Shown here in pieces: positions 35,930 through 47,638 of a DNA stretch of 64,000 bases (position 1 is its first letter; each line of letters begins with the position of its first letter). The translations under genes and the position numbers were made by a program. The notes under the pieces are model-generated. The model was not told where the DNA came from, did no database searches, and saw nothing but the letters and a program-made list of their open reading frames with translations. Source of the stretch: an uncultured delta proteobacterium (GTDB taxonomy: Bacteria; Myxococcota_A; UBA9160; SZUA-336); NCBI GenBank assembly GCA_963704165.1, contig CAVPHD010000009.1:64001-128000 (forward strand), in the 5' to 3' direction.

Positions 35930-36603
35930 TCCGTCGTGGCCCACGTGTCGAAGCCGAACCCGCGCAGACGCTTGGCGAGGTCGGCTGCAGCCTCGCCGGG
36001 GCCGGGTCGGATGCGGACCCGGAAGCGGCCGTTCTGCGCCGCAGGCTGACTGACGTAGGCGTCGAAGCCGCTGCCACCGAGCTTCGCGACGAGCTCCTCG
36101 GCCGGCTTGCGCTCGACGAACGAGGCCACCTGCACGACCGCCCCCCCCGGCCGCGCGGACTCCGGCGCTTCGGCGGTCTCGGGAACTGCGGCGGCCGCGG
36201 GCGAGGCCGGAGTCGGGGGCGCGGAGGCGACCGGCGGCGCCGGCTCGAGCTCCGCGGGCGGCACGAGCGCGGGCGGCGGTTCGACCTCGGCTTCGGCCTT
36301 CGCGGGCGCGGGTCGTGCCGTCGCCTTCCGCGGCGCCTTCCCTTCCTGGAGCTCGCCAAAACGTTCGAGCGGAGCGGCACTCGGCGCCGCCACGGGGGAC
36401 TCCGCAGCGCGCGCGCCGACCTCGACCGTCTCGACCGGTCCGCGAAGCCGCTCGAGCAAGAGGCGCGGGGTCTCCGAGAGCGACCCGATCACGATCCCGA
36501 GACACGCCCCCAGCGCAACGAGCGCGCTGCCATAGACGACGCGCAGCGCTGCCGAGCCCCTCGGTCGGCGGACTTCTCGGGCCTCATCCTCGCGCTTGGT
36601 CAC
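35926..36603 (-). CDS. SPOR-domain membrane protein (FtsN/DedD-like)
   Basis: N-terminal TM segment, Pro/Ala linker, SPOR VVQVASF..FRVRI; follows argS. Confidence 0.88.
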   Translation of the reverse strand: MTKREDEAREVRRPRGSAALRVVYGSALVALGACLGIVIGSLSETPRLLLERLRGPVETVEVGARAAESPVAAPSAAPLERFGELQEGKAPRKATARPAPAKAEAEVEPPPALVPPAELEPAPPVASAPPTPASPAAAAVPETAEAPESARPGGAVVQVASFVERKPAEELVAKLGGSGFDAYVSQPAAQNGRFRVRIRPGPGEAAADLAKRLRGFGFDTWATTE

Positions 36604-36606
36604 TCT

Positions 36607-38274
36607 TCACATCCTCTCCGGCGCGTCGATACCGAGCAGCGCGAGGCCACTCGCGAGCACGATTCGCACCGCCGATACCAACCCGAGTCGGGCGATCGAG
36701 AGCTCACGGTCCTCCGACACCACTCGGTGCCGCTTCCCGTCCGAGACGTAGGTATTGAAACCGTTCGCGAGCTCGAGCAAGTAGCGCGCGATCTCCTGAG
36801 GCTCGCGGGCCGCGGCGGCATGTCGGACCGAATCGGGCCAACGGCCGACGAGCTTGGCGAGCTCGATCTCCTCAGGTGACACCAGACGGTGAAGCGGAAG
36901 ATCGCTCGGGTCCGCGGGGAGCTCGAGCGCCTGATCCTGCGCCTTGCGGGCAATGCTCGAGAGCCGCGCATGCGCGTACTGGACCTTGTAGACCGGGTTG
37001 CGATCGGATCGCTCCGCGGCAAGATCGAGATCGAAGTCGAGATGGGTGTCCGCGCGGCGCTCGACCATGAAGTAGCGAAACACGTCTCGGCCGACTTTGG
37101 CCAGGACCTCGTCGACGGTGACGAACCGGGCCGCTCGCGTGGACATCTTCACGAGCTCTCCACCCTCGCGCAGGTTCACCCATTGGTACATGACGAGCTC
37201 GACACGGCTCGCGTCGCAACCGAGCGCATCGAGCGCCGTCTTCACGTACGGGAACTGCGCGATGTGATCCGGGCCGAGCACGTCGATCACGGAATCGAAG
37301 CGGCGCTGGAGCGTCTCGCGGTGATAGGCGATGTCCGGCAGAAGGTACGTCGCTTCGCCGGTGGACTTGACCAGCACGCGGTCGCGCTCGAGACCGAATC
37401 CGGTCGAGCGCAGCCAGACCGCGCCGTCCTGCTCGAAGACCAGGCCGCGCGAGCGCAGCTCGGCGAGCGTCGTCTCGACCTGGTTGCGCTCGAACAGCGT
37501 GTGCTCGTTGAAGTACGAGTCGAAGCGGACACCGAGGCTCGCGAGCGTGCGCTCGATCTCCGCGAAGATCGCGTCGACCGCGCGCGCCTTGAAGCGGCTC
37601 TCGTCGGCGTCGCGGCACCCGTCGCCGACCTCCGCGACCAACGCTCGCGCGATCTCGACCAGATACTCACCCTGGTACCCCTCTTCCGGCAGCTCGGCGG
37701 GCTCGCCGAGAAGCTGCAGGTAGCGAGCGCGCAGCGACTGCGCGAGCACGCGCATCTGCCGGCCGGCGTCGTTGAAATAGTACTCGCGCGTGACCTTGTG
37801 ACCGGTCGCATCGAGCAAGCGCGCGATGCAGTCGCCGAGGACCGCATTTCGGCCATGTCCGATCGTCAGCGGTCCGGTCGGGTTGGCCGAGACGAACTCG
37901 ACCATCACCTGCGCACCCTGCCCGACATCGCTGCGTCCGAACGCCGCGCCTTCGCGCAGAACCTGTGCGACGACGCCGTGCCAACGTGTCCGGGCGAGAT
38001 AGAAATTGAGAAAGCCGGGGCCGGCGATCTCGGTTCGCTCGAGCGCACCGTCGGGATCGACGAGCGCCGATTGAAGGAGCTCGGCGACGGCACGGGGCGG
38101 GCGCCGCAGGGGCTTGGCGAGAACGAGCGCCGCGTTCGACGCGAAGTCGCCGTGCTCGACGGTCTTGCCGGGCACGATCGTCAGCGTCTCGAGAAGCGCC
38201 AGAGCGTCGGGGGCATGCTCGCGCAGAACCCGCGCCGCCGCGGCCTCGAGGAGCCTCTGGACTTGATCACGCAT
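36607..38274 (-). CDS. argS: Arginine-tRNA ligase
   Basis: HGDFASNAAL, AGPGFLN, EFVSANPTGPLTIGHGR, KMSTR, VQYAHAR. Confidence 0.97.
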   Translation of the reverse strand: MRDQVQRLLEAAAARVLREHAPDALALLETLTIVPGKTVEHGDFASNAALVLAKPLRRPPRAVAELLQSALVDPDGALERTEIAGPGFLNFYLARTRWHGVVAQVLREGAAFGRSDVGQGAQVMVEFVSANPTGPLTIGHGRNAVLGDCIARLLDATGHKVTREYYFNDAGRQMRVLAQSLRARYLQLLGEPAELPEEGYQGEYLVEIARALVAEVGDGCRDADESRFKARAVDAIFAEIERTLASLGVRFDSYFNEHTLFERNQVETTLAELRSRGLVFEQDGAVWLRSTGFGLERDRVLVKSTGEATYLLPDIAYHRETLQRRFDSVIDVLGPDHIAQFPYVKTALDALGCDASRVELVMYQWVNLREGGELVKMSTRAARFVTVDEVLAKVGRDVFRYFMVERRADTHLDFDLDLAAERSDRNPVYKVQYAHARLSSIARKAQDQALELPADPSDLPLHRLVSPEEIELAKLVGRWPDSVRHAAAAREPQEIARYLLELANGFNTYVSDGKRHRVVSEDRELSIARLGLVSAVRIVLASGLALLGIDAPERM

Positions 38275-38307
38275 GGCTCGTTCCGGTAGCTCGAAGCCTC
38301 GCGTCGG

Positions 38308-38652
38308 TCAATCTCGCGGCCGCTCGGCAGGCGCGGGCGACCTCGGCAATCGCACCACGATCTCGCCCGGGCGCACCATGCCGAGCGACTCCCGCGCCAC
38401 GGTCTCGATCTCGAGCGGGTCGGAGCGCAGCCGCTCCGCGCGGAGCTGCAGATCGGCGCGCTCCTCGTGCAGCCGGTCGAGCCTTACGTCGGCGGAGTCG
38501 AGCTCACCGTGTAGATGAAAGACAGCTCGAAGACCGGACTCGGCGTCGTAGAAGAGTGCGCCGGCGGCACCGAGCAGCGCAGCCAGCGGTCCGATCCAGA
38601 AGACCGCACGCAGCGAAGCACGCCGTTCGACTTCCTGGAGCTCAGGAGCCAC
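38308..38652 (-). CDS. Septum formation initiator (FtsB/DivIC family)
   Basis: TM segment, coiled coil, IETVARESLGMVRPGE. Confidence 0.88.
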   Translation of the reverse strand: MAPELQEVERRASLRAVFWIGPLAALLGAAGALFYDAESGLRAVFHLHGELDSADVRLDRLHEERADLQLRAERLRSDPLEIETVARESLGMVRPGEIVVRLPRSPAPAERPRD

Positions 38653-39220
38653 CGCTTCCCTCCTCCGATCCCGAGCGCCGCCCCGAGGCGAGCGCATTTC
38701 GGATCGCACGAGCATAGCGCGGGTCGTCCCAATTCTGAGGGCCTACGAAGCGTTCGAGGACGCGCCCGTCGCGATCGACCAGAAACGTCTCGGGTACGCC
38801 CGATACCTGATACGCGCCGTAGACGCGTTTGCCGGGATCGCGCGGAACCGGAAACGTCAGACCGAACTCCTGCGCGAACCGCTCGACCGCCGCCTCGTCG
38901 GCCTCGGAGTCGATCGAGATTCCGAGCACCTCGAAGCCCTCCTCCCGAAGCGACACGTACAATCGCTCGAGAGACGGGGCCTCCTCGCGGCAGGGGGGAC
39001 ACCAAGTCGCCCAGAAGTTCACGAACACGACGCGACCGCGCAGCGCCGCGAGCTCGGCATCCGGTCCGCCCGAAACGCGAAGCGTGAACTCGGGTGCGAC
39101 CGATCCGACACGCAACGAAGGTCGGGACGGCTCCCGGATCCAGGCGAGGGCGGCGATGCCTGCCGCGAAGATCGCCACGGCCGCGACGAGAGCAACGACG
39201 CCGCTCCGGGTCTGGCTCAA
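38642..39220 (-). CDS. TlpA/ResA-family thiol-disulfide oxidoreductase
   Basis: N-terminal TM, VNFWATWCPPCREE, GVPETFLVD. Confidence 0.93.
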   Translation of the reverse strand: MSQTRSGVVALVAAVAIFAAGIAALAWIREPSRPSLRVGSVAPEFTLRVSGGPDAELAALRGRVVFVNFWATWCPPCREEAPSLERLYVSLREEGFEVLGISIDSEADEAAVERFAQEFGLTFPVPRDPGKRVYGAYQVSGVPETFLVDRDGRVLERFVGPQNWDDPRYARAIRNALASGRRSGSEEGSGGS

Positions 39221-39609
39221 TGGGCCGCGTCGGCTCCCGCGCCGGTGGACTTCTGCATGTCCACGAGCTGGATCAGGGACATCTCGGCGTTGTCCCCGTG
39301 CCGCGTACCGAGCTTGAAGATCCGGGTGTATCCACCCGGTCGTCCGCCGTAGCGCGGCGCGAGCTCGTCGAAGACCTTCTTCGCGACGGTCTTGCTGCGG
39401 ATCGTCTCGAGCGCCCTGCGTCGAGAGGCGAGCGTTCCGCGCTTGCCGAGCGTGATCATTCGCTCGGCCAGCCGGCGCACTTCCTTCGCCTTCGCCGTGG
39501 TCGTGCGAACCTCTTCGTGCTCGAGCAGCGACGTGACGAGGTTGCGCAGCATCGCACGGCGGTGCGACGGGCTTCGAGACAGTTTTCGGTGAGCGTTGCT
39601 GTGTCGCAT
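39217..39609 (-). CDS. rplQ: 50S ribosomal protein L17
   Basis: MRH..KLSR..SHRRAM, RPGGYTRI. Confidence 0.98.
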   Translation of the reverse strand: MRHSNAHRKLSRSPSHRRAMLRNLVTSLLEHEEVRTTTAKAKEVRRLAERMITLGKRGTLASRRRALETIRSKTVAKKVFDELAPRYGGRPGGYTRIFKLGTRHGDNAEMSLIQLVDMQKSTGAGADAAH

Positions 39610-39618
39610 GTCGGCCTC

Positions 39619-40644
39619 TCAGGCGTGAGCATCCTCGCGCATTCGGTCGAGTTCCTTGCGCGCGGGGAAGGTGTCGAGCCTCATGCCGAACTCCAGCCCG
39701 AGCCCGGCGAGGATCTCCTTGATCTCGTTCAACGACTTGCGGCCGAAGTTCTTGGTCTTCAGCATCTCCGATTCGCTGCGCTGCACGAGCTCGCCGATGT
39801 ACTTGATGTCGGCGTTCTGAAGGCAGTTCGCGGACCGCACCGAGAGCTCGAGCTCGTCGACCGGGCGGTAGAGGATCTCGTTCGGGGCGAGAATCGGCAC
39901 CGGACCGGCCACCGGGTACTCGGCCTGCTCTTCGAAGTTGATGAAGATCGAGAGCTGGTCCTTGAGGATCTTGGCGGAGAATGCGAGCGCATCGCCGGGG
40001 CTGACGGAGCCATCGGTCCAGATCTCGAGCACGAGGCGGTCGTAGTCCGTCTCTCGTCCGATGCGCGCGTTCGTGACCGTGTAGTTCACCTTGCGCACGG
40101 GCGAGAAGATCGAGTCGATCGGAACGGTTCCGATCGGCTGCTCCTCCTTCGCGTTCTTCTCCGCGAGCACGAATCCCTTGCCCACCTCGACGGTCGCGGT
40201 GAGCGAGAGCTCGGCGTCCTGGGAGAGCGTCGCGATGTGGTGTCCCGGCTCGAGGATCTCGACCGTCTGATCCGGAGACGAGAAGTCAGCGGCGGTCACC
40301 GCTCCGGGACCGGACTTCTTGATCTGGATCTGCTTGGGCCCGAGGGCGTTCGAGCGCAGTCGAACCTCCTTCAGGTTCAAGATCACGTCGGTGACGTCCT
40401 CGAGAACTCCCGGAATCGTGCTGAACTCGTGCTGCACCCCGTCGATCCGAATCGACGTGATGGCCGAGCCCTGGAGCGAAGACAGAAGAACCCGACGCAG
40501 CGAGTTACCGAGCGTGAGTCCGAAGCCCCGCTCGAGAGGCGCGCACTCGAAGCGCCCGTAGGTCGCCGAGAGGTTGTCCTCCACGTCGATCCGCCGCGGA
40601 CGAATCAGCGTCTGCCAGTTTCTGACCATGAGTTCGACGTTCAT
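39619..40644 (-). CDS. rpoA: RNA polymerase alpha subunit
   Basis: [37 protein letters not shown]. Confidence 0.98.
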   Translation of the reverse strand: MNVELMVRNWQTLIRPRRIDVEDNLSATYGRFECAPLERGFGLTLGNSLRRVLLSSLQGSAITSIRIDGVQHEFSTIPGVLEDVTDVILNLKEVRLRSNALGPKQIQIKKSGPGAVTAADFSSPDQTVEILEPGHHIATLSQDAELSLTATVEVGKGFVLAEKNAKEEQPIGTVPIDSIFSPVRKVNYTVTNARIGRETDYDRLVLEIWTDGSVSPGDALAFSAKILKDQLSIFINFEEQAEYPVAGPVPILAPNEILYRPVDELELSVRSANCLQNADIKYIGELVQRSESEMLKTKNFGRKSLNEIKEILAGLGLEFGMRLDTFPARKELDRMREDAHA

Positions 40645-40716
40645 GCGTCTCCTCCGGGAATGTACCGAGATGGGTGGGCGAGCAGGCGCGGGCGCGTCCG
40701 ATCGCGCCCGTGTTCA

Positions 40717-41343
40717 CTAGCGGGAATAGAGCTCGATGATGAGCTGCTCCTGAATCGGGAGCGTGATCTCGTCGCGGACCGGATCGCCGAGGATCGTACC
40801 CTGCTTCTGGTCCTTGTCTACCGAGAGCCAGCTCGGGACGCTGCGCGATTCGAGCGCCGCGAGTGCACCCTCGATCCGGGCGGCCTTCTGCCCACGCGGG
40901 GTCAGCTCGACCTTGTCGCCCTTGCGGACGCGGTACGACGGGATGTCGACGCGCCGTCCGTTGACCGAGAAGTGTCCGTGCCGGACGAGCTGGCGCGCTT
41001 CGGTTCGCGCGGTCACGAAGCCGAGGCGGAAGACCACGTTGTCGAGCCGCCGCTCGAGCAGCGCCATCAGGTTCTCGCCCTTGACGCCCTTCATGCGCGA
41101 AGCCTCGGCGACGGTCTTTCGGAACTGCCGCTCGAGCAGGCCGTAGATCCTGCGCACCTTCTGCTTCTCGCGAAGCTGCAGGCCGTAGTCCGAGAACTTC
41201 GGGCGTCCCTGGCCGTGCTGACCCGGTGGGTAGTTGCGTCGCTCGATCGAGCATTTGTCCGTGAAGCAGCGGTCGCCCTTCAGGAAGAGCTTCATGCCTT
41301 CCCGGCGACACAACCTGCAGACCGAATCGTTGTAGCGAGCCAA
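40717..41343 (-). CDS. rpsD: 30S ribosomal protein S4
   Basis: [28 protein letters not shown]. Confidence 0.98.
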   Translation of the reverse strand: MARYNDSVCRLCRREGMKLFLKGDRCFTDKCSIERRNYPPGQHGQGRPKFSDYGLQLREKQKVRRIYGLLERQFRKTVAEASRMKGVKGENLMALLERRLDNVVFRLGFVTARTEARQLVRHGHFSVNGRRVDIPSYRVRKGDKVELTPRGQKAARIEGALAALESRSVPSWLSVDKDQKQGTILGDPVRDEITLPIQEQLIIELYSR

Positions 41344-41352
41344 GAGAACTCC

Positions 41353-41745
41353 TTACGCCCGGCGCCGCTTCGGCGGGCGACAACCGTTGTGGGGGATGGG
41401 CGTGACGTCGCGGATGTACGTGACCTTGAATCCGGCGGCCTGGAGTCCGCGTGCGGCCGGCTCGCGGCCGGCCCCCGGACCCTTCACGACCACGCCGATC
41501 TGACGCACACCGTGTTCCATCGCCTTCTTGGCCACGTCCTCCGCGCAGATCTGCGCGGCGTACGGGGTCGATTTGCGCGAGCCCTTGAAGCCCACCTGAC
41601 CGGCCGAAGAGGCGGCGATCGTGTTGCCCGCCACGTCGGTGATCGTGATGACCGTATTGTTGAACGTCGACAGAATGTGCGCGACGCCGGTCTGGATGTT
41701 CTTCCGGACCTTCTTCTTGACCTTTTTTGCTTTCGCTACACCCAT
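41353..41745 (-). CDS. rpsK: 30S ribosomal protein S11
   Basis: [33 protein letters not shown]. Confidence 0.98.
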   Translation of the reverse strand: MGVAKAKKVKKKVRKNIQTGVAHILSTFNNTVITITDVAGNTIAASSAGQVGFKGSRKSTPYAAQICAEDVAKKAMEHGVRQIGVVVKGPGAGREPAARGLQAAGFKVTYIRDVTPIPHNGCRPPKRRRA

Positions 41746-41752
41746 CGAGCGC

Positions 41753-42133
<381 letters not shown>

Positions 42134-42136
42134 TCT

Positions 42137-42250
42137 CTAGCCCTGCCTCTGCTTGTGTTTGGGGTTCTCGCAGATCACCCGCAGTACGCCTTTGCGGCGG
42201 ATGAGCTTGCATTTGACACACATCTTCTTGACGCTTGCGCGGACCTTCAC
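42137..42250 (-). CDS. rpmJ: 50S ribosomal protein L36 (Zn-ribbon type)
   Basis: [26 protein letters not shown]. Confidence 0.97.
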   Translation of the reverse strand: MKVRASVKKMCVKCKLIRRKGVLRVICENPKHKQRQG

Positions 42251-42261
42251 GGCCTGCCTCC

Positions 42262-43035
42262 CTAGTGCGTGCCCGGTACACGGGTCAGGATCTCCGGTCC
42301 GTGCTCGGTGATGGCCACGGTGTGCTCGAAGTGGCACGACCGCTTGCCGTCCGCGGTAGCCGCCGTCCACCCATCGTCGCGAAGACACACCTCGTACGAT
42401 CCCGCGTTCACCATCGGTTCGATCGCGAGCACCATGCCCTCGCGAAGCCGCTGTCCGCGCCCCGGTCGCCCGAAGTTCGGCAATTGCGGCGGCTCGTGCA
42501 TCACCCGGCCGATGCCGTGGCCGACGAAGTCTCGAACGACCGAGAATCCCTCGCGTTCGACGGTCTCCTGAACCGCCGCGCCGACGTCGCCGAGACGCTT
42601 GCCCGGCTCCATCTGCTCGACGCCGGCGTACAGGCTGTTCAGCGTGGTCGAGACCAGGCGGCGGGACTCGTCGTCGATCGTCCCGATCGCCGCGGTGAGC
42701 GCGGCGTCGGCGTGGAAGCCCTCGCAGACGGCGCCGAAATCGATCTTCAGCAGGTCGCCCTCGACGAGTCGCCGGCTGCCGGGGATCCCGTGCACGATCT
42801 CCTCGTTCACCGAGGCGCAGATCACCGCCGGGAACGGCGGGTTGTCGCCGGGCGCGTAGCCGAGGAACGAGGACTCGAGCTTGCGCGCCTTGATCTCCGA
42901 CTGCGCTGCGCGATCGAGCTCGGCCGTCGTCACGCCGGGCTTCGCGAGTTCGGCGAGGCGCGCGAGGATCTCGCCGACGTGGCGGCCCGCCTCGCGCATC
43001 TTGTCGATCTCGCGTTTGGACTTGAGCTGGATCAC
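42262..43035 (-). CDS. map: Methionine aminopeptidase type I
   Basis: [33 protein letters not shown]. Confidence 0.97.
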   Translation of the reverse strand: MIQLKSKREIDKMREAGRHVGEILARLAELAKPGVTTAELDRAAQSEIKARKLESSFLGYAPGDNPPFPAVICASVNEEIVHGIPGSRRLVEGDLLKIDFGAVCEGFHADAALTAAIGTIDDESRRLVSTTLNSLYAGVEQMEPGKRLGDVGAAVQETVEREGFSVVRDFVGHGIGRVMHEPPQLPNFGRPGRGQRLREGMVLAIEPMVNAGSYEVCLRDDGWTAATADGKRSCHFEHTVAITEHGPEILTRVPGTH

Positions 43036-43602
43036 GCGTCCGCTCCCAGCGCGCGCAGGAGTCTCGACGTGACCTCGTCCAGGGTTCCGATTCCATCGAC
43101 GCCCTGAACCTGATCCCGGTAGTGTTCGAGCACCGGCTGGGTATCGCGTCGATAGACCTCGAGCCGCTTGCGTGCCGTTTCCTCGGTGTCGTCCGCGCGG
43201 CCCTCGCCGCGCGAGAGGATGCGGCTGCGAAGCTCGTCGTCTGCGACGCAGAGCGAGAGCACGCGCGCACGCGCTCGACCCTGCTCGACCAGAATCCGAT
43301 CGAGCGCGACGGCTTGTGCGCGCGTTCGCGGGAATCCATCGAGGATGAATCCCGGTCTTGCAGTCCGCACGCGCCAGTCGATCGCGCACGATCTCGATCA
43401 CGACCTCGTCGGGCACGAGCTCGCCGCTGTCCATGATCGCCTTCGCGCGACGGCCGATTGGTGAACCGCTCGCGACCGCCTCGCGCAGGATGTCACCGGT
43501 CGAGATCTGCGGAATGTCGAACCGCTCCACCAGGCGCTTCGCCTGCGTGCCCTTGCCCGATCCGGGCGGACCCATCAGGATCAAGTTGAGTTCGCTCTTC
43601 AT
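43032..43602 (-). CDS. adk: Adenylate kinase, short-LID form; +1 frameshift ~43352
   Basis: [24 protein letters not shown], then [10 protein letters not shown] and RGEGRADD in the next frame. Confidence 0.95.
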
Positions 43603-44915
43603 CGTCCGCCCCGCCCACGCATCCGTGCGCCCTGAATGAACGAGTCGTAGTTGTGCGCGACGAGGTGTGCTTCGACCTGACCGACGGTGTCCATCGCAAC
43701 GCCGACGACGATCAGGAGCGCAGTTCCGCCAAAGATGAACGGTACGGCGAACTCGGACTGGAGCAGGTTGGGCAACACGCAGATCGCGGCGAGGTAGGCC
43801 GCGCCGACCGCGGTGATCCGGTTCATCACCCTCTGGATGTACTCGGCCGTGCGCTTGCCTGGACGGATTCCCGGGATGTAGCCGCCGTTCTTCTTGACGT
43901 TCTCGGCGACGTCGTCGGGATTCAACATCACGCCGGTGTAGAAGTACGCGAAGAAGACGATCAGGGCGACGTATACGAGGTTGTGGCCCCAGGTACTCCA
44001 GCCGAAGTAGTCGTTCACGAAGTCCGCGATGGACTCCATTCCGCTCCACTGAGCGATCTGGATCGGCAGGACGAGTAGCGACGACGCGAAGATCGGCGGA
44101 ATCACGCCGGAGGTGTTGAGGCGAAGCGGGAAGTAGGTCATGCCACCGGCGAGCTGACGTCGTCCGACGACGCGGCGCGCGTACTGGATGGGAATGCGTC
44201 GCTGCGCTCGCTCGAAGTACACGATCACGCCGACGACACCGACCATGAAAGCGAGCAGCAGGATCACGGCGATCGGCGCGAGCTGATCGGTGCGAACCAT
44301 GTCCCAAACGCGGGCGAGAGCGGAGGGAATGCTGACGACGATACCGGCGAAGATCACCAGGGAGATGCCGTTCCCGATGCCGCGTTCGTTGATCTGCTCG
44401 CCGAGCCACATGATGAACGACGTGCCCGCGGTGAGCGTGATGACCGTGCTGAATCGAAACGCCCAGCCCGGATCCAGGACGGTGTTCGCTCCGAGCGCAC
44501 CACCCTCGAGGGCCGTGGCCATCAGCATCCCTTGGATGACGGCGAGAATCACCGTTCCATAGCGCGTCCAGCGCGTGATCACGCGCCGCCCCTCCTCGCC
44601 TTCCTTCTTCAGCTCCTCGAGCTTCGGAATGACGACGGTGAGCAGTTGGAGGATGATCGACGCCGAGACGTACGGCATGATGCCGAGCGAGAAGATCGAG
44701 AGCTGCTCGAACGCACCGCCGGTGAAGAGGTTGAGCAGCCCGAACATTCCGCCGTCCGCGGACTGCTCGAAGTACCTGCGGATCTCGACGGGATCGATGC
44801 CGGGAGTCGGCACGGCGCAGCCGATGCGGTACACCGCGAGCATTCCGAACGTGAACAGGATGCGCCGGTTCAGCTCCGGGATGCGCGTGATATTTCCGAC
44901 GGAGCCCGGTGTCAC
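43599..44915 (-). CDS. secY: Preprotein translocase SecY
   Basis: [41 protein letters not shown]. Confidence 0.98.
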   Translation of the reverse strand: MTPGSVGNITRIPELNRRILFTFGMLAVYRIGCAVPTPGIDPVEIRRYFEQSADGGMFGLLNLFTGGAFEQLSIFSLGIMPYVSASIILQLLTVVIPKLEELKKEGEEGRRVITRWTRYGTVILAVIQGMLMATALEGGALGANTVLDPGWAFRFSTVITLTAGTSFIMWLGEQINERGIGNGISLVIFAGIVVSIPSALARVWDMVRTDQLAPIAVILLLAFMVGVVGVIVYFERAQRRIPIQYARRVVGRRQLAGGMTYFPLRLNTSGVIPPIFASSLLVLPIQIAQWSGMESIADFVNDYFGWSTWGHNLVYVALIVFFAYFYTGVMLNPDDVAENVKKNGGYIPGIRPGKRTAEYIQRVMNRITAVGAAYLAAICVLPNLLQSEFAVPFIFGGTALLIVVGVAMDTVGQVEAHLVAHNYDSFIQGARMRGRGGR

Positions 44916-45355
44916 GACGCGAGAATCTCCACGCTACCGCCCGCCGCCTCGACCTTCTTTCTCGCCGAGTCGGAGATCGCGGCGACGTGCAGCTTGAGCG
45001 CGACGCCGAGATCGCCCGCGCCGAGGATCTTGACCGGGTCGGAGACGTTGCGAACGAGCCCCGCCTCGGCGAGCGCGGCGACGTCGACGTCTGCACCCGG
45101 CGCGAAGCGTGCAAGGGTCTTGACGTTCACGACCTGCACGCGCCGCTCGAAGATGTTCGTGAATCCGCGCTTGGGCATGCGCATGACGAGCGGGATCTGA
45201 CCACCTTCACGGTGGGGCTTGTGCTTCCGGCCGGCTCGAGAGCCCGCGCCCTTCGTACCGCGACCGGAGGTCTTCGCACTGCCGCTGCCGACACCGCGCC
45301 CGACGCGCTTGCGCGGACGTCGCGATCCCGGATTGGGCTTCAGCCGATCGAGCAT
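44912..45355 (-). CDS. rplO: 50S ribosomal protein L15
   Basis: [21 protein letters not shown]. Confidence 0.97.
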   Translation of the reverse strand: MLDRLKPNPGSRRPRKRVGRGVGSGSAKTSGRGTKGAGSRAGRKHKPHREGGQIPLVMRMPKRGFTNIFERRVQVVNVKTLARFAPGADVDVAALAEAGLVRNVSDPVKILGAGDLGVALKLHVAAISDSARKKVEAAGGSVEILAS

Positions 45356-45558
45356 CACTCCCCCTCCACGCGAACGATGTGACGCACCTTGTTGATCATG
45401 CCGCGAATCGCCGGAGTGTCCTCGAGTTCGCGCACCGCGTTCGGCTTGCCCAGCCCGAGACCGCGCAACGTCTGATGCTGATCTGGCGCATAGCCGATCG
45501 CGCTGCGCACCTGGTGCACGCGGATCCGCGCGGTCGGCTTCGCCTTCTTGGTTGCCAT
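45355..45558 (-). CDS. rpmD: 50S ribosomal protein L30
   Basis: RSAIG, GLGL, DTPAIRGMINKV. Confidence 0.96.
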   Translation of the reverse strand: MATKKAKPTARIRVHQVRSAIGYAPDQHQTLRGLGLGKPNAVRELEDTPAIRGMINKVRHIVRVEGE

Positions 45559-45569
45559 CGTGGGCCTCC

Positions 45570-46082
45570 TCAGCTCGACGCCGCGCCGCCGAGCTCGGCA
45601 AGCCGCTCGGCGCGCACTCGAAGCTGGCGGAAGGCATCGAGCGTCGCGCGGATGACGTTGTGGTGTCGGTTCGTGCCCAGGCTCTTGGTGAGTACGTTCT
45701 GCACGCCCGCCGCTTCACAGAGTGCGCGGACTGCACCACCTGCGATCACGCCGGTACCTCGTCGGGCGGGCCGCAATACGACCATCCCCGCTCCAAATTC
45801 GCCCGTCACCTCGTGTGGGATCGTGCCCTCGAGCAGCGGGACACTGATCAGGTTCTTGCGAGCCTGCTCGATGCCCTTGCGGATCGCCTCTGGAACCTCG
45901 TTCGCCTTGCCGAGGCCCGAGCCGACCACGCCTTGGCCGTTGCCGAGGACGACCAGCGCCGTGAAGCCGAAGCGACGTCCACCCTTCACGACCTTCGCCA
46001 CACGGTTGATGTCGACCACGCGCTCTTCGAGCTCGTAATCGTTCGGGTTCAACCGTTCGCGTCGGAGATACTTTCGCGCCAT
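45570..46082 (-). CDS. rpsE: 30S ribosomal protein S5
   Basis: [21 protein letters not shown]. Confidence 0.98.
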   Translation of the reverse strand: MARKYLRRERLNPNDYELEERVVDINRVAKVVKGGRRFGFTALVVLGNGQGVVGSGLGKANEVPEAIRKGIEQARKNLISVPLLEGTIPHEVTGEFGAGMVVLRPARRGTGVIAGGAVRALCEAAGVQNVLTKSLGTNRHHNVIRATLDAFRQLRVRAERLAELGGAASS

Positions 46083-46098
46083 TCGATCCTTGCTCCTG

Positions 46099-46461
46099 CT
46101 AGAAAGACAGGCCGGCTTCGCGCGCCGCGTCTGCGAGTGCCTTCACTCGCCCTGTGTAGACGAACCCATTTCGGTTGAAGCTCACCTCGCGGATGTCGCG
46201 CTCCTGCGCGAGCTTCGCGATCGCCGTGCCGACCTTCTTCGCCGCGTCGATGTCCTTCGTCGATTCCAGACCGTCACGCACACCGGGCGATCGTGTGGAG
46301 ACACCGGTCAGTGTCTTCCCCGAGATCGGGTCGGTGATCTGCGCGTAGATGTGCTTCGAGCTGCGAAAGACGGTGAGCTGCGGCCGCTCGCTGGCCCGCA
46401 ACTGCTTGCGCACGTGTAGCTTCCGTCGCTCGAGGAGAGCCTTCCGGCGAGACACCTTCAT
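46099..46461 (-). CDS. rplR: 50S ribosomal protein L18
   Basis: [28 protein letters not shown]. Confidence 0.97.
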   Translation of the reverse strand: MKVSRRKALLERRKLHVRKQLRASERPQLTVFRSSKHIYAQITDPISGKTLTGVSTRSPGVRDGLESTKDIDAAKKVGTAIAKLAQERDIREVSFNRNGFVYTGRVKALADAAREAGLSF

Positions 46462-46468
46462 GACTTCC

Positions 46469-47014
46469 CTAGCCTCCCGAAGTTCCGGTCTTGCCGACCT
46501 TCCGGCGCACGAACTCGCCGGCGTACCGGATGCCCTTGCCCTTGTACGGCTCCGGCTCGCGGACCTTGCGAATTTCGGCGGCGAACTGGCCCACCTTCTG
46601 TTTGTTCGCGCCGCGCACGACCAAGCGCGTCTGGCTTTCGGCGACGACCTCGAGCTCAGCGGGAATCGCCATCGCGACCGGATGCGAGTAGCCAATGGTC
46701 AGCGTGAGCTTCTTCCCGGCCACCTCGGCGCGATAGCCGATACCGTTGATCTCGAGCCCGCGCGAGAAACCCTCGGTAACCCCGGTCACCATGTTTGCGA
46801 CCAGCGCACGCATGAGCCCGTGCATCGCCTTCGCGCGCTTGGTGTCGGCGTCGCGGAGCACGCGAACTTCACCCGCGACGACCTCGATCCGGCAGTGTTC
46901 CGCGAGCGCCTCCTCGAGCGTGCCTTTCGGCCCCTTCACCCGAACGCGACCGTCGACGACATTGACCTCGACGTTCGAGGCGAGCTTCACGGGCAGTTTT
47001 CCGATTCGGGACAT
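46469..47014 (-). CDS. rplF: 50S ribosomal protein L6
   Basis: MSRIGKLPV, PEPYKGKGIRY. Confidence 0.98.
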   Translation of the reverse strand: MSRIGKLPVKLASNVEVNVVDGRVRVKGPKGTLEEALAEHCRIEVVAGEVRVLRDADTKRAKAMHGLMRALVANMVTGVTEGFSRGLEINGIGYRAEVAGKKLTLTIGYSHPVAMAIPAELEVVAESQTRLVVRGANKQKVGQFAAEIRKVREPEPYKGKGIRYAGEFVRRKVGKTGTSGG

Positions 47015-47016
47015 CG

Positions 47017-47412
47017 CTACCAGACCTTGGCGAGCAGTTCGCCACCGACGCCGGCATCGCGCGCCTCGGTGTCGGTCATGATTCCGCGCGGCGTGGACAG
47101 GATGGCCATGCCCAGTCCGCTGCGGATCTGTGGAATCCGGTTGGCTCGCACGTAGACGCGCCGTCCGGGGCTCGAGATGCGCTGGATGCCCTCGATCACC
47201 GGGCGATCGTCGTCGCCGTATCGGATCTCGACGCAAAGCGTCGGCTTTGCCGCCTCGGGATCATCTGAGTATCCGACGATGTAGCCGCGGTCGCGCAGTG
47301 CACGCGCGACTTCCACCTTGAGTTTCGACTTCGGCATCTTCACGCGCATGAGGCGCGCGCGGCCGCCGTTTCGAATCCGTGTCAGCATGTCTGCAATCGG
47401 GTCGTTGATCAC
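47017..47412 (-). CDS. rpsH: 30S ribosomal protein S8
   Basis: DPIADMLTRIRN, ISSPGRRVY, GVGGE. Confidence 0.98.
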   Translation of the reverse strand: MINDPIADMLTRIRNGGRARLMRVKMPKSKLKVEVARALRDRGYIVGYSDDPEAAKPTLCVEIRYGDDDRPVIEGIQRISSPGRRVYVRANRIPQIRSGLGMAILSTPRGIMTDTEARDAGVGGELLAKVW

Positions 47413-47422
47413 GTCGACACCT

Positions 47423-47632
47423 TCACCAGCTCGACTTCGTGATGCCCGGGATCTTCCCCTCGAGCGCCAGCTTCCGCAGGCAGATCCGGCACAGGTCGAA
47501 CTTGCGGTAGTAGCCGCGAGCACGACCGCACCGGCCGCATCGGTTGTAGTAACGGGTTCGGAACTCGAGCTTGCCGGCGACGCGCGCCGTCCGAAGCCTG
47601 AGTTGTTGATGCAGCTTGGATGTCTTGGCCAT
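47423..47632 (-). CDS. rpsN: 30S ribosomal protein S14, Zn-binding type Z
   Basis: [23 protein letters not shown]. Confidence 0.97.
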   Translation of the reverse strand: MAKTSKLHQQLRLRTARVAGKLEFRTRYYNRCGRCGRARGYYRKFDLCRICLRKLALEGKIPGITKSSW

Positions 47633-47638
47633 GGCCCC

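Noticed and set aside
42251..42261. infA missing between map and rpmJ
   Set aside because: infA lies outside this cluster in many bacteria, so its absence is unremarkable.
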